Positions 1 to 14,404 of a stretch of 64,000 nucleotides of DNA are shown piece after piece. Origin of the DNA: Octopus sinensis (lineage: Eukaryota). The stretch covers positions 49,476,001-49,540,000 of the forward strand of contig NC_042999.1 in the NCBI RefSeq assembly GCF_006345805.1, in the 5' to 3' direction. A program made the translations under genes and the position numbers. Numbering within the stretch: the stretch's first letter is position 1; each line of letters opens with the position of its first letter. The notes under the pieces are model-generated. The model ran no database searches, was not told where the DNA came from, and worked only from the letters and a program-made list of their open reading frames with translations.

Positions 1-309
1 ATTTTATCGAGCGATTGTTTGATGGTATTGATTGTCCACCAAATAAAAGATATTCCGATGCAGTAAACAGACTAAAAGACATGGTAACTGGATATCATGC
101 TTTCAATGATCGAATAATTAATTACTCGCTTCTTATAGCACTTAACTTATGAAATTTCTACAAGGAGAATATCCTGTCAGTCTTTTAACAATAATTTGTT
201 TTTTGAGAAAAATTCTGTTTTTATTTTATATTCATAAATATCGTGTAGTAGATCGGGAAGGGAACAGCATTCGTTAAAAGGTCATGTCGCCAAATTCATA
301 CGTCTATAC

Positions 310-445
310 ACATACTGACAAATACACACACACACATACACACATATATGTATATATATACATAAATACATACGTACATACATACATACACACACACACA
401 CGCACGCACGCACACACAAACACACACACACACACACACACACAC

Positions 446-501
<56 letters not shown>
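310..501. repeat. Compound (CA)n/(TA)n microsatellite
   Basis: Direct reading. Representative of many similar tracts, e.g. 2730-2820, 3860-4195, 8140-8395, 42060-42510, 55150-55540, 57783-58225, 58600-58980. Confidence 0.95.
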
Positions 502-505
<4 letters not shown>

Positions 506-1777
506 TTTCAAATAGGCTACGGGTAGAAATTCATTGGTAGTCAGAGATGCCTACACAGAAAGAAAGGGAAACAGTAAATAGCAAGTTTTCTCTCTCTCAC
601 TCTCTCTTACTCTCTCTTATATGTCTATCTTTCTCCGCCCCTCTCTCTCTCTCTTGCACTCTTTATCCCTCTCTTTCCATCGGTCTCTTTCTTGCTCCTG
701 AAATGTAAAATTCTTATTCTCCTCGCGGCAAACACTAGATTATGCAAAGTCCTAAAACTCAAGTGCATAATTGTACAATTTTGGCCGCCACTGACTAGCA
801 CGAGGTTCCCCACGACTCTCATATATATATATATATATATGCAAGCTGTGTGTGTGTGCGGTGTGGTACGTGCGCGTGTGCACGTGTGTGTATTCTTGTG
901 TATATGTGAGTGTGTGTGTTTGAGTGCATGCATAAATGTATGTGATATGCACAAAACATTTGTCTTTCTATATAAATACATATATATTCGTACACTACGA
1001 ATGCACGCCTTCATAGTGTTTGTGTGAATGTGACTGAATGTGTGTGCATGTGTTTTGTGTGTGTATCTGCCTGTCTGTGTGTCTGTGTCTGTGTAAGTCA
1101 GTGTGGAGGTAAGAAGGAAAAAAAATGAGAGAGAGAGAACGAGAGAAAGAATGACAGCGTGTATACATCCATATACGTGAATGCTAAAAGACACACTCAC
1201 ACATGCAGCCAAAAACTGATTCTCAGAATTTACATGTGCGAGATTATCGGAATCGTCATTAACTCTATAATTAATTACTTCCTATCTGCCTCATTAATCT
1301 CTCCCACTTGTGTGCCTCTCTCTCTCTTTTTTTTCTCTCGGCCTCCTCTCTTTTTCTCACTCTCCTCAAATCGCGATCGCATTAGCTTGATAAGCTTAAT
1401 AACATCAGGTACATATTGCCCTAATCTTATACAATTACATGAAAATAACATAAAGCGTATTGCTTCTTTCATTTACTTCTATTTCCTCTGTTTTTATATT
1501 TTCTATCAGCCAAGTAGGTTTCGTCATTGGTTTAATTATTTATTTAACAACGGTAGTTTGTTGCTATTGGTGGGGGTGCTTAACTCTGCCCTATCCCACT
1601 CTCAGCACCATTCATCAAGCAGACAGACTTGGATTAAAGAGGCTCCAGATATGAGTATATTGTCTCGTAATACGGTGACCTATATGTCCTTCCTTTCTAA
1701 AATGCGATACTGTCCGATTTAATAAATGTTTTGCTGCTATTTCTAATGGGTTTCCTGAACGCTTAGAGATTCACTGC

Positions 1778-2128
1778 TAAAATTTATTCACATTATTTAC
1801 ACTTGACGGATATTTGTCCTCATCTTGTTTGTTGTTAACACAACATTTCGGCTGATATACCCTCCAGCCTTCATCAGGTGTCTTGGGGAAATTTCGAATA
1901 GTAATAGTAATAATAATAATAGTAATAGTAATAATAATAATAATAGTAATAATAATAATAATAACAACAACAACAACAACAACATCGAAAAATATCTTAG
2001 AAATGTGAACCCAGGTTCGAAATTTCCCCAAATACCTCATAAAGGCTACAGGGTATATCAGCCGAAACGTTGTGTTAACAAACAAGATGAGGACAAATAT
2101 CCGTCAATTGTAAATAATGCAAATAATG
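1778..2128. mobile_element. Inverted pair of Penelope-like pLTR fragments separated by (AAT)n
   Basis: 1780-1897 is the reverse complement of 2017-2125. Each arm carries a hammerhead-like motif. Confidence 0.75.
1838..1881 (-). ncRNA. Minimal type I hammerhead ribozyme
   Basis: Minus strand reads ACAC CUGAUGA A GGCUG-loop-CAGCC GAAA U GUU GUGU. Stems I and II are perfect. The + arm copy (2032-2075) has GAAACGUU but a decayed core (CUCAUAA). Confidence 0.75.
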
Positions 2129-2583
2129 TACATAATTCCTCATGTCTTAAATATAGAACTCCAAAATTTATTGTTTATTTCTTTATGCGCAACACTTGCT
2201 AATTTGCTTGCCGTCTTTACATTTTCCTCCTTCCTCTTTGAGTTTTGCACATGGAAAAATTTTGTTAGAGGAAAAAGAATTGACAAAATTGCACGGAAAA
2301 AATATTATTACAAAAATAGAAGTCTGGTAACAATTCTTAAGAATGGAGAAAAATAAACTCGAGTTTGTGGATGAAGTAAAAAGAGATTTCCTCAGAGAAA
2401 TTTCCATTCATACATTCCAAGAACTCTCAAAATGAATTCAACGTATTTTGTAGTCATGATGCACATATCCATATATTCGTATACACCTATATTATGTACA
2501 TTGGTATATGCACACGCACATGTAAACATAAATACACACACACACAAACATATATATATATACACACACACACACATATATAC

Positions 2584-2623
<40 letters not shown>

Positions 2624-2726
2624 TGGTAAAAACGGTAAGATAACAAAAGAAAGAAAGAGACCTCGATGTTATGTAAATAGAGGAATTTATCTCGGCTACT
2701 GAATAATTGTCACATATTAGATTTAC

Positions 2727-2769
<43 letters not shown>

Positions 2770-4145
2770 ATATATATAGATAGATAGATAGATAGATAGA
2801 TAGAAGATAGATAGATAGATACATTCATTTATACATACATACACATATATATATATACATACATTTACGCATATATATTTCATACACATACACACATATA
2901 CTCATACATATATACACGCAACGCATGCACACACATATATTGTAGATGAAAGGGGATCCGAAATGTAGGCAGTTAACGAAGTCAGCACTCCTGGGTATAA
3001 CAGATGGGACAGAAAGGAACAATGATTCAGTATAACTATATGATTCATTCAAACTGAAAAACCAGGGAGATTTTTCAGCCACAGAGTACAAATTAACAAG
3101 ATGGATATACGGGCACCACATTTATTCCTTGCTTGCAACTGCTAGAACAACATGGGATAAATAGATCGTTTAACATGTTGGAAAGCATGTATGAGCAATG
3201 GCTATGCAGCATTCATTGTATAATAATAATTGTGCAAGGAAAAACCCACAGATATTTCATCATCACCGTGATGAGTAAATTGATACGAGAACTTGGTTGA
3301 ATTCAAGTCTATACAGATACAGATGATTTAGCGAGAGAGGTTCATGTTTCTACTGGAACGACGGGTTTCCTTTGGAAGTGTACATTCAGAAACTGATACA
3401 GATGAAGATTTTAGCGGATCAAATGAAAAGCTAATTCTAAAAGTTGGATTCATTGATTTATCGATATATTAAGTCCAGTGTCTGGTCGAGCAGGTAAGTC
3501 ATTGATACACTGGAAACGTTATTTTACCACTTCTTTTATATTGTATCTGTCTTCTTGAGAAAAGAAAATGAACAACAAATACAAAATTAGCTACAACTTT
3601 CTGTATAGAAGCAATTCCTCCAAAGTGGTTTTTACTTATTTATTCATCAAATTCATGATGGCATGACAATTTGCCTATTTTCACTATATAATAAAAGGGA
3701 CATAATCATTGCTCATTTTCATGAGTAACGATTATAACCTTGCCAATTGATCTATTTCATATGCTGTTGAAACAACTGTAACAGAGGAATGAATATGCGT
3801 ACCTTCGTTCTTTCCTCTGTGTGTGTGCATGTGTCTGTGCATGCACATACACACACACATATATATATATGTACATATCTATATATCTATGTATATACAT
3901 GTAAATAGATATGTATGTATGTATATATATAATATATCCATATATATCCATATATATATATTATATATATATATAATATACTAATGCATATATATATATA
4001 TATATTCATATATATGTATATATATTCATACATATATATATATATATATTATATTCATTATATATATGTATTTATATATATATATATATATATTATATAT
4101 ACATATACATAATATAAATAATATCTATATACATATATATATACA

Positions 4146-4190
<45 letters not shown>

Positions 4191-4682
4191 ATATACGAGG
4201 GAGATGGAAAGAGCGAGAGAGTAAGCGTGAGACTTGCCTGAGATACGAAATTTCTCAATTAATTGAAATATTGCTTTATAATTGAAGAAAGAAAATAAAA
4301 ACTTTATCCTAATAGCCAAGGGAGATAATTTCAAGAAATTAATTATTATTTTTCAAGCAAAATTGTTAATTTTCATACTTGGGGGAAAACTGAATCTTTG
4401 GTCGTATAACATATTGTGTGCTACAGGCATAGTTATATTAATTGGACCACTTGAATTGAGCATGGAAATCTGGAACCTCATGAAGCAGTGAGTATAGAAT
4501 TTTACGTGTAAAATATGAATTACAAACAATTTTGGCTTATGGGACATAATTTGCATAATTGTGAAAAATAAATCTACCTGAAATATACGTGCTTATGGAT
4601 AAATTTGGCAGATTGTAATGAACTGAAGGTCATACGAAGCTCATTTCAGCTAGGAGGTTGAACTTATATATGAATATATATA

Positions 4683-4716
<34 letters not shown>

Positions 4717-5035
4717 CGTGGTGGTGGTGGGGGTGGTGATGGTTGGGGTGGGGGTGGGGTGGGTGGTAAGGGCAGCAACAGAAGGAAGAGGTGGAAAAGG
4801 ATGTGGAGAAGAGGGAGAGAGAGGAGAATAGGAGGAGGGGAGGGGATATGGAGGAAGATGGGAAGAGGAGGGTAGGAGGAGGACGAGGGGGAGAAGGAGG
4901 AGGAGGAGGACAAGGACTGCACTCCGCAAATACAAACAAAAGAACAGAACATGTTGCGCACAACCCCACCAACACAAAGGTGTAACAGATGATGCAGTAG
5001 AAATTTACCTGAAACTACCAAATGTAATAATAATG

Positions 5036-5083
<48 letters not shown>

Positions 5084-5085
<2 letters not shown>

Positions 5086-5576
5086 CCGGATATCATTATA
5101 AAAGATCAGACAAAAAGGATGTGTTTATTAATTGACATGAGTATTCCCTGTGATCACAATATAGCGGCGAAAGAATTTGACAAGATTAGTAAATATAAAG
5201 ACCTGCTAATGGAAATTGAAAAAAAATGTGGCATCTCAAGGCGACTACAGTACCAGTGATTGTAGGATCTCTAGGAATGATAAAAAAAGGTACTGAAACC
5301 TATGTGAAAATGATTCCAGGCTTACCATCATTACAGGAAGTGCAAAAAATCGTATTAACTGAAAGGGCTCATGTACTAAGAAGAGCACTATCGCTGTGAA
5401 AATAATGTCCATCCATGAATTTATTTATTTATTTATTAATTTTTGAATACATATTTTATCTGTGAATTTGCGCGTGTAATCTGGGAATGCATACAATGCC
5501 ATTCTCTGCCCTAGGTGTATGGAAAACACTCGGCGAGAAACGGAAGAAAATTTGAAGAAAGAAGGAAAAAAACATG

Positions 5577-5577
<1 letters not shown>
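5084..5577 (+). mobile_element. R4/Dong-like non-LTR retrotransposon 3' end (REL endonuclease plus 3'UTR)
   Basis: Translates with a frameshift as KPDIIIKDQTKRMCLLIDMSIPCDHNIAAKEFDKISKYKDL...PVIVGSLGMIKKG...AHVLRRALSL*, a PD-(D/E)xK REL motif. Stop at 5397-5399. Both flanks are (TAA)n. Confidence 0.85.
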
Positions 5578-5640
<63 letters not shown>

Positions 5641-5642
5641 TG

Positions 5643-5675
<33 letters not shown>

Positions 5676-5693
5676 ATTATGATGATGATGATT

Positions 5694-5733
<40 letters not shown>

Positions 5734-6525
5734 CATTTATTTGCCACAAAGGCGAAGGATGAAGGGGACAGTACAAACATAGATATAAAGTGTAGGTTCT
5801 TTACATATAATGAAATGATAAAAACGAAAAAAGCATGTTGTCTCCTAATAGCTAAATTACCAATTGCTTTTATACCAGGTGAGAATCAAACCCAACAATC
5901 ATCAAGCATGACTGAAAGTGAAAGTATGGCGTAGGCTCTTTGCCACCAGATGCTTACATGAATCGTAAGCAACAGTTTGCAGTTGTTACGGTAGTAAAAC
6001 ATGAAACGATATTCACTGAAAAAAATCACCACCGTCAAATGCTACGAGAAAAATTTTATTTCATTGGAGTTAAATCCATTATATTGGAAGCAGAAGCGGC
6101 CATCATAGAATACAATATATTTGCTTGCAGGGTAGAGTTAGGGCTGGGGCTGGGGGTTAGAGGTATGGATAGAGGGGGTAGAGGTGCTGGGATGTTGTAT
6201 TTCTAATAAAAATTGAGGAGGATGGTGAAGATTAATTTTTAAAATATATATAGTCGTGATTATGTATGTGGTTATGATTATGTACGTGTGTGTACATGTG
6301 CTTGCAAATTTCAGTGTTACGTTTGGCAAATCTATTAATTCCTCATATTAGAATGGAGAACAACCCCGATAGGGTGAACTCTAACGTTTATATTTATAGT
6401 GCAATTAGCCAGTTTTCTAAGGCATGTCTTTACTCATGAGAGCAGTTACGCCTTAGTTTGCATGAAGGATTTTTTTTTATATGATGCTCTCCTCGGCCAA
6501 GCAGGGCCTCCAAATCCCTCTACTG

Positions 6526-6780
6526 TTATTGGACGCTTAGGAAAAGAAAGAAAGAAAAAGGATTTAACGTTTTGAGCGGAGCTCTAAGTCAGAAACATAT
6601 AAAACGGAAAGATCCAAGGAAGGGAAGACGGGAGGGGGGGTCGCCAACGATACACACGCGGTCCTCCATAGGTTTTATGTCTTTTAAATTTCTGGATGCT
6701 GTTGTCTTATGAAGTTCCCTATATTGTCGTTGAAGGCACGAAATAGGAGCAATAAAAAGTATGACAATTAATGAGGAGTT
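6526..6780 (-). mobile_element. Degraded Penelope-like pLTR fragment with decayed hammerhead
   Basis: Shares TATTGGACGCTT...AACGTTT(C/T)GAGCGGAGCTCT with 23503-23570. Minus strand reads CUGACUU A GAGC ucc GCUC AAAAC GUU. Confidence 0.55.
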
Positions 6781-6909
6781 ATCTTTTGGTATTTTGTCCT
6801 CTACTTATTTCTCGTATGTTTACATATTTTTCACTCGTTGGTGATGTCCTGTACACAATGTGTAATTCTGATTTAGTTATATACATATATATATATATAT
6901 ATATAATAT

Positions 6910-6951
<42 letters not shown>

Positions 6952-8152
6952 GATCACTCAAACGCACCCATCAACATATACAGATACACACACACACACA
7001 TATAATGTAATATAATACAATACGGTCGTTTAAAGTGCATTTGAGAAAAGGCGTACGCATATAGTACACTTTATTTATATGTGCAAAGTCGATGATTTGT
7101 TCTATAGCTATATAGATCATGTGCGATCGCTCATGCTTATCATGTTTTTTCCTAGGCAACTAAAGCAGCCACAACCTAGTGAAACTCCGAGTAGCTATGT
7201 AGAGTTATTAATCCATTTTATGCAAATACACACGCTCACACACCCAAGGTTTCTCATTACCCCAACTCGCACGCATACTCAAAGAAATATAAACTCATAG
7301 AAACACATACATATACACACACAAACACAAACACATACACACACATATGTGTGTATGTATATTTACACGAACACACACACACTCACACACTCAGCGCGAT
7401 AAAATAAGCATCAGGCTTAACAAAAAACAAGTACTGGGGTTTGATTCATTCGACAAGAATCTTCATGTCGGTGCTGCAGCATGGCCACAGTCTAAAAACT
7501 TAAACAAGTAACATGCATAATAGAAATTAAAATTTCAAAAATACACATGCATACTAACACACACACACACATACACGCACAAACACATATTACATATATA
7601 TATATTATATATATATATATATATATAATATATATATATATACACACACATATACGAAGGCTTTCTGCATACGTCACATCACATCAGGCATTGCTTGGTC
7701 TGTGCTTGTGGTAGATCTTATTTGCCCAAAATCCGCGAAATCGATTCGAAACCGTAAACTTGTGTCTGCGAAGCACACTTTTTGCTACACATCCAAACAT
7801 GTATGTTCTTCATATAATTTAGTCTAAGTCTTTCTTCCTTTCTCAGCTACCATATATAGTCACAACTGTGTATTGTCTATCCCATCATTTTCTGCCAATT
7901 TACCCTAACTACTAAAAGCTCACAATTTCTTGTTTATTTTTAACTGTTGTTTTATCATTAAGATCGATCTATATCCACACTTCAGTTGAAATTTACAAAA
8001 CGATCGATACGACTAGATTAATAAATAATGATCAAATTAAAAAATAAATTCTTCCATCACAGCCTAATTAAAACGTTTTATTTCTTATACCATAAAAAAT
8101 GTTCTTTATAAGTTCTTAAGAATTAGTTGGCTTTATAAACATACACACACAC

Positions 8153-8206
<54 letters not shown>

Positions 8207-8230
8207 TATATATATATGTATATGTATATG

Positions 8231-8261
<31 letters not shown>

Positions 8262-8357
8262 GCATACATATGACTATATGAATGTATATATGAATGTGTG
8301 TATCTGTGTGTGTTTGTGTGTGTACAAGCGTATGCTGTGCATGTTTACATACGTACA

Positions 8358-8395
<38 letters not shown>

Positions 8396-8397
<2 letters not shown>

Positions 8398-8813
8398 CTC
8401 TTTTACTCTTTTACTTGTTTCAGTCATTTGACTGTGGCCATGCTGGAGCACCGCCTTTAGTCGAGCAAATCGACCCCAGGACTTATTCTTTGTAAGCCTA
8501 GTACTTATTCTATCGGTCTCTTTTGCCGAACCTCGAAGTTACGTAGACGTAAACACACCACCATTTGTTGTCAAGTGATGTTGGGGGGGGGACAAACACA
8601 GACGCACACACACACACACTCATGCACACACATATACATATATATATACGACGGGCTTCTTTCAGTTTCCGTCTACCAAATCCACTCATAACGCTTTTGT
8701 CGGCCCGAGGCTATAGTAGAAGGCATTAGCCCAAAGTGCCGCGCAGTGGGACTGAACCCGGAACCATGTGGATGGTAAGCAAGCTTAACTTACCAGCCAG
8801 CCACTCCTGCGCT
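8396..8813 (-). mobile_element. tRNA-derived CORE-type SINE
   Basis: Minus strand begins GCGCAGGAGTGGCTGG..TAAG..GGTTCCGGGTTCAGTCCCACTGCGCGGCACTTTGGGCTAA (A/B boxes plus CORE-like segment). Same family at 12512-12878 and 53535-53855. Confidence 0.85.
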
Positions 8814-9060
8814 TCAGCCCTGAAATAGACCTCGGCGGAATACTCAGAACGTAAGGACAGTAAAAATGTGGCTAAAAGTTTTGTGCGACGTGCTACTGAC
8901 TCTACCCGCTCATCGCCTTTGCGCTTGTAGATAATAATCTTTAATTTCAGATGGTCTAGTTCTGTATTAGAGGAGATTCCCTATCGTATAGGTTAAGAGA
9001 ACAGGACGAACAACTGTCTGCTCAGTCCGATAAATAGGCCAGACATCAATGAAGCCACAG

Positions 9061-9098
<38 letters not shown>

Positions 9099-9817
9099 GT
9101 GTTGTGAAGTACGCTTAGAAATGTGTATATTCCAACATTATAACTGAACAATTTTTTATTAATTTTGAAACGAATAAAATGAAAGAACACATGAAGAAGA
9201 AATACAGTGAAAATAGATAGGACAGAGGAGAAAAGTGTTGTAGCTATGTCTGTATATATAAAAAGGTTAAGTTCCATAATTAGGAAAAGACCATACAGGG
9301 TAGTTTGTTAACTCCGGTTTTAGAGAAAATTTTAATAAAGAATTATGTATGTCCATATATGAATGGATGAAATTTGTACTATTATTTCAGGAGGGGGAAA
9401 TGCTTTATATTTCTCTAACTCTCTGTGCTGAAATTTTAAACAATTTATGCAAAATTAAAGCCAAGAATAGAGTTGCGGAGAGAATTAATATGCTCAAGTT
9501 TCATGATAGCATATAAAGATAAAATATATGAAAAGAATATATGATCATATATGAAAAGAATTAATGTCATACGACGATTAAAAAATTTGTAAACTAAACT
9601 GTCACATTTTCGTTTGATGAGAATAAAAGCAGATCCGGATTGAATTTTATGGTATAGTGGCCTTATACATATGATAATTTTATATTAATGTGGGGAGGAT
9701 ACACTCATATAGTATTAAATATACATAAATACACACACATACACACGCAAATATACATATCTACGCAGATAGGGATATGTATAATTTACGCTACCTCGTG
9801 AACCTCTAGCTCATAAT

Positions 9818-9867
<50 letters not shown>

Positions 9868-9899
9868 AGATAAACAGACTGGCAGACAGAAAGAAAAAT

Positions 9900-9962
9900 G
9901 ACAGGCAGGCAGGCAGACAAATAAACAGATAGACATACAGACCGACAGACAGACAGACAGAC

Positions 9963-10011
<49 letters not shown>

Positions 10012-10059
10012 CATAGATAGATACATAGATACATAGATACATAGACAGATAAACAGATT

Positions 10060-10145
<86 letters not shown>

Positions 10146-10190
10146 CAGATTGATAGATAGACAGATAGATAGATAGATACATGCATACAT
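9900..10190. repeat. (GACA)n/(GATA)n microsatellite
   Basis: Direct reading. A similar tract lies at 43250-43340. Confidence 0.95.
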
Positions 10191-10614
10191 ACATACACAA
10201 ACATGCTCACACGCACACACATACATACACACACACTGGTCCTGCACGATTTTGCACTGTCTCTACCTGTCAAACCCCTCTCAAGGCTTTGGTCGGTTCA
10301 AATCAAATCCACTGAGATGGAACACGCCATGCCGCTGGGATGCGAACTTCACCCATTTTCCCCTTCTACATTTCCAGCTAACTCAGTCTCACCTCGTTCC
10401 TTTCTACACACGTGGTACCTAAATGTCTATCTCAACTGGTTTTTAAAGTGTTGATACAACATCCTATAAGCCTGAAGCTGGTGGCTGAATGCGAACCAAC
10501 ATGCTTTGACTACTCAGCTAATCGACCGACCGATTAAACTGGCCAACATATTCGTTATCGCATCGGTCACTTCAATTATATTTCTATCATCGAAAAATAG
10601 AAGTGAAGCAAGTG

Positions 10615-10615
10615 A

Positions 10616-10664
<49 letters not shown>

Positions 10665-10668
10665 TGCT

Positions 10669-10706
<38 letters not shown>

Positions 10707-10992
10707 TGCTGTAGTAGTAGTAGTAGTAGTAGTAGTAGTGTAGTAGTAGTAGCAGCCACAGCTGTAGATATGAATGATGTGGCTAATCATGATGATGATG
10801 ATGTGGATTGTGGTGGTAGTGGTAGTGGTTGTGGTGGTTTTGGTGGAGGTGAAGGCCGACGTCGACTATAACTACAGCAATGGCAATGATGATAATGTTT
10901 CGTGATGATGAGGAGGAGGATGTGGAGGAAGGGGAGGAAGAGGACGGCGACGAAGACGATCCTGGCGACAACGATGAAGATAACAATAGTGA

Positions 10993-11026
<34 letters not shown>

Positions 11027-11199
11027 GCTGGTGGTGGTGGTAATGATGATGATGGTGGTGGTAGTGGTAGTGGTGGTGATGATGATGATGGTGGTGGTGG
11101 TGGTGGTAATGATGATGGTGGTGGTAGTGGTAACGGTGGTGATGATGTTGGTGGTGGTGGTAGTGGTGGTAGCGGTGGTGATGAAGATGATGGTGGTGG

Positions 11200-11263
<64 letters not shown>

Positions 11264-11597
11264 GATGATGATGATGGGGTGGGGTGGTGGTGGTGATGAT
11301 GATGGAGGTGGTGGTGGTGGTGGTAGCGGTGGTGATGAAGATGATGGTGGTGGTGATGATGATGATGATGGGGTGGGGTGGGGGTGATGCGATGATGATG
11401 GTGGTGGTGGTGAAGAAGATGATGATGATGGTGGTGGTGGTGGTGGTGGTGGTTGTGATGAAGACGATTGTAATGATACCGATGATGGGTAGCCTCAGTC
11501 ACCTTCAGTTGAGCCAGAGGTTATCCTACAATGGAAAATCCGTTTGATCGTCGTTTCAATACCTTAACCGTGGCATTGAAATGAGAATACAGTAGCG

Positions 11598-11640
<43 letters not shown>

Positions 11641-11665
11641 CAGCAGCAGCAGAAGAAGCAGCAGC

Positions 11666-11702
<37 letters not shown>

Positions 11703-11905
11703 AAGGTAGTAGTAGAGGTGGTTCTGTGATCCTGCTAATATTGCTGCGATTGATGCTGACAGTAATTGTGGTAGGGGTGGTGATGGTGGTCGTGGTCGAG
11801 GTCATGGTGCTGCTACTGCTGCTGCTGCTGCTGGCAATAGTAGTAGCAGTGACGGATTATCTGACAATACAGGTGATGTTGTAAATTATTATTATTATTA
11901 TTATT
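10615..11905. repeat. Compound trinucleotide low-complexity block (AGT/GAT/GGT/GCT)n
   Basis: Direct reading. It explains the poly-S/D/G/H/P ORFs in the track. Confidence 0.9.
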
Positions 11906-11906
11906 G

Positions 11907-12432
11907 AGTGAGAGAGCAGTTCATGCCATCAAAGTGACACTGGGGTAAAATATACAAAGCCCAATATACCCATCATGACTACCCGTCTGATAAAGGTACA
12001 CCAGGCACATGCATCACAACCATATGTGCGCGACATGGTGATCTCATATCAAGATAAACAGCACATGACCTTGCAGGTGGGGCCCAGTTAGAATTTTCTT
12101 CAGGTTGAGTAGCCCATCCCGCTCAAACGGTCCCTGAATAAGGGTTGTTAAAGGATGTTGAAAGAACCACCCATGTTTCCAGAGGTGAACTATTCAAACC
12201 CCAAAGAATCCCTCTCAACACATGGCTATGATGCGCCCCCACTACTTCTGCTCGTGATCAGAGATGCACATATCGTCAGCTCAACTGGTTAAGGTCAAGC
12301 AACTGACAAGCAAATCTGTGGTATTGAGCAGAATATTTGCTGTAGCCCATCTTTTATACCAAGACAAAACAATGTACATGATAACACTTCCAATCAGTTA
12401 AGATCAGAAGCCATGAGAACCACTGCCTGGTA
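11907..12432. mobile_element. Unclassified interspersed repeat inserted in (ATT)n
   Basis: Complex ~525 bp block flanked on both sides by (ATT)n, with no ORF. I recall it as a common octopus repeat but cannot classify it. Confidence 0.4.
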
Positions 12433-12439
12433 CTTATTA

Positions 12440-12477
<38 letters not shown>

Positions 12478-12511
12478 TATTATTATTACTATTATTATTA
12501 TTATTATTTTA

Positions 12512-12878
12512 TTGTTTTACTTGTTTCAGTCATTTGAATGCGGCCATGCTGGAGCATTACCTTTTAGTCTAGGAAATCGACCCCAGGACATATTCTTTGT
12601 AAGCCTAGTACTTATTCTATCGGTCCCTTTTGCCGAACTGCTAAGTTACGGAGATGTAAACACGCCAGCATCGGTTGTCAAGCGATGCTGGGGGGACAAA
12701 CACAGACACACAAACATATACACACGCATACATTTACATATATACGAAGAGCTACTTTCAGTTTCCGTCTACCAAATCCACTCACAAGGCTTTGGTCGGC
12801 CCGAGGCTATAGTAGAAGACACTTGCCCAATGTGCCACGCAGTGTGACTGAACCATGTGGTTGGTAAACAAGCTACTA
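12512..12878 (-). mobile_element. tRNA-derived CORE-type SINE
   Basis: Colinear with 8396-8813. Confidence 0.85.
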
Positions 12879-12879
12879 C

Positions 12880-12917
<38 letters not shown>

Positions 12918-12943
12918 TATTATTATTATTATTATATTATTAT

Positions 12944-13461
12944 TCAGTAGTTTTATTTTTATAGCGTGCTTTCACTTCACTACCGAGCGCAGCTCTGTGT
13001 GCCTTGGGTATGTGCTGTGATTTGTTGTGATGATCTGATGGTTATTGTATGGAAAGTGTTCTGCGTAGGATGTGTGCAGTGCCTAGTAGTGCAATTTTCT
13101 GTATGTTATATGTGTTTGTAAGACCTGGTGTTTTTGTTATGTATTTGTCTGAATATTTTTTTATCATGCGTAATGCACCTACTATGATAGGAATTGTTTC
13201 TGTTTTTAGATTCCACATTCTGGTTACCTCTAATTCCAGGTCTTTGTATTTTGAGAGTTTCTCCATTTCTTTTAGAGACACGTTGTCATCTGCCGGTATT
13301 GATACATCAATTAGAAAGCATTTTTTTTTCTTCACGATCTCTGACAACTATATCTGGTCTGTTGGCCTTAATTTCTCTATCTGTGTGTATCGGCATATCC
13401 CAGAGTATGGTTGCTTTCTCGTTTTCTGTGACCTTTTCTGGTGTGTGCCTATACCATCTTT
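12944..13461 (-). mobile_element. R4/Dong-like LINE 3' end (REL endonuclease)
   Basis: Track ORFs 13307-13606 and 13042-13347 give ATILWDMPIHTDREIKANRPDIVVRD...CFLIDVSIP...KYKDLELEVTRMW...IPIIVGAL...GTAHILRRTLSIQ*. Both flanks are (TAA)n. Confidence 0.9.
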
Positions 13462-13506
13462 TTATTATTATTATTATTATTATATTATTATTATTATTAT
13501 TATTAT

Positions 13507-13860
13507 TGAAAAGGAAGTTGAGGGTGGAGAGCGAAGTGTTGTCTCGTAGCAAGTTTGTTGAAAGGTGAGTGAATGTTGGAAGAAAGGTCAAGTGTGAAAG
13601 GACCAATTCTGAACGTGCACCTGTAAACGAAAGGAGAAGGGCTATTGCCTTGTTATACAGGTATCCGTGGTTTTTGTGGGTTTTTCCACGAGGTCCTTAA
13701 GGCGCCTCCCCTATTTGGGGTTTTAAATTGTTTAATTTTTAATCGTTATATATATATTATTTACATGTTATAACACCCATTCTATCGTCCTGTTTTTGTC
13801 TTTTATGTTGTATGTCTGTTAATGAAATTTTAATTAAGCCCTTGTGGCCAATAAACGAAT
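13507..13860 (+). mobile_element. Tx1/L1-like LINE 3' end
   Basis: Translates LKRKLRVESEVLSRSKFVER*VNVGRKV, followed by a 3'UTR ending AATAAACGAAT plus (ATT)n. Confidence 0.6.
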
Positions 13861-13895
13861 TTATTATTATTATTATATTATTATTATTATTATTG

Positions 13896-13954
<59 letters not shown>

Positions 13955-13961
13955 GTTATTA

Positions 13962-14352
13962 TTATCGCCTTAGCGAAGGCGGAGGTATTGCTTTTAGTCA
14001 TGTTTGTTTTGTTTGTGTGTTTGTTTGTTTGTCCATGGACAAGATATCTCAAGAACCGCTGGATGGATTCGGACGAAACTTTCAGGGTTATTTGGCCTTG
14101 TGACCGGCACAAACTAGTTAGATTTGGGGATCGATCCGGTACCATACAACGATTCTGATTTATTTTTGCTCGTTTTTTTTTTTTTTACTTAATTTTTGAG
14201 AGCAGTCAGGTTCATTTTTAGTTTTCTTGCTTGTGAGAGCATTCGAATTTATTTCAGATATTCTCACTTTAAAAGTCCGCTCCGGCTAATCGTTGAGAGG
14301 ACATTGGTGTTGCCTTAGCGGAGGTTTGAGCTCTCAGAGTGCTCTTGTCGTT
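13962..14352 (+). mobile_element. Non-autonomous Helentron-associated (HINE/DINE-like) element
   Basis: GCCTTAGCG(AAGGCG)GAGGT motif near both ends, a GTTT microsatellite after the 5' motif, and a GATCGATCCGG..GATTCTG central motif typical of HINEs. Confidence 0.6.
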
Positions 14353-14404
14353 ATTGTTGTTGTTGTTGAGGTTGGAAAGATAAGTGCTGTCCTCAAGTAA
14401 ATTT

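Noticed and set aside
3330-3499. Possible exon (RRVSFGSVHSETDTDEDF frame; CAG|GTAAGT at 3491-3499)
   Set aside because: The protein-like frame stops before the donor, and the other frames also contain stops.
10783-11502. 239-aa His/Pro/Ser-rich ORF
   Set aside because: It consists entirely of trinucleotide repeats, open in several frames on both strands, with no unique sequence or splice context.
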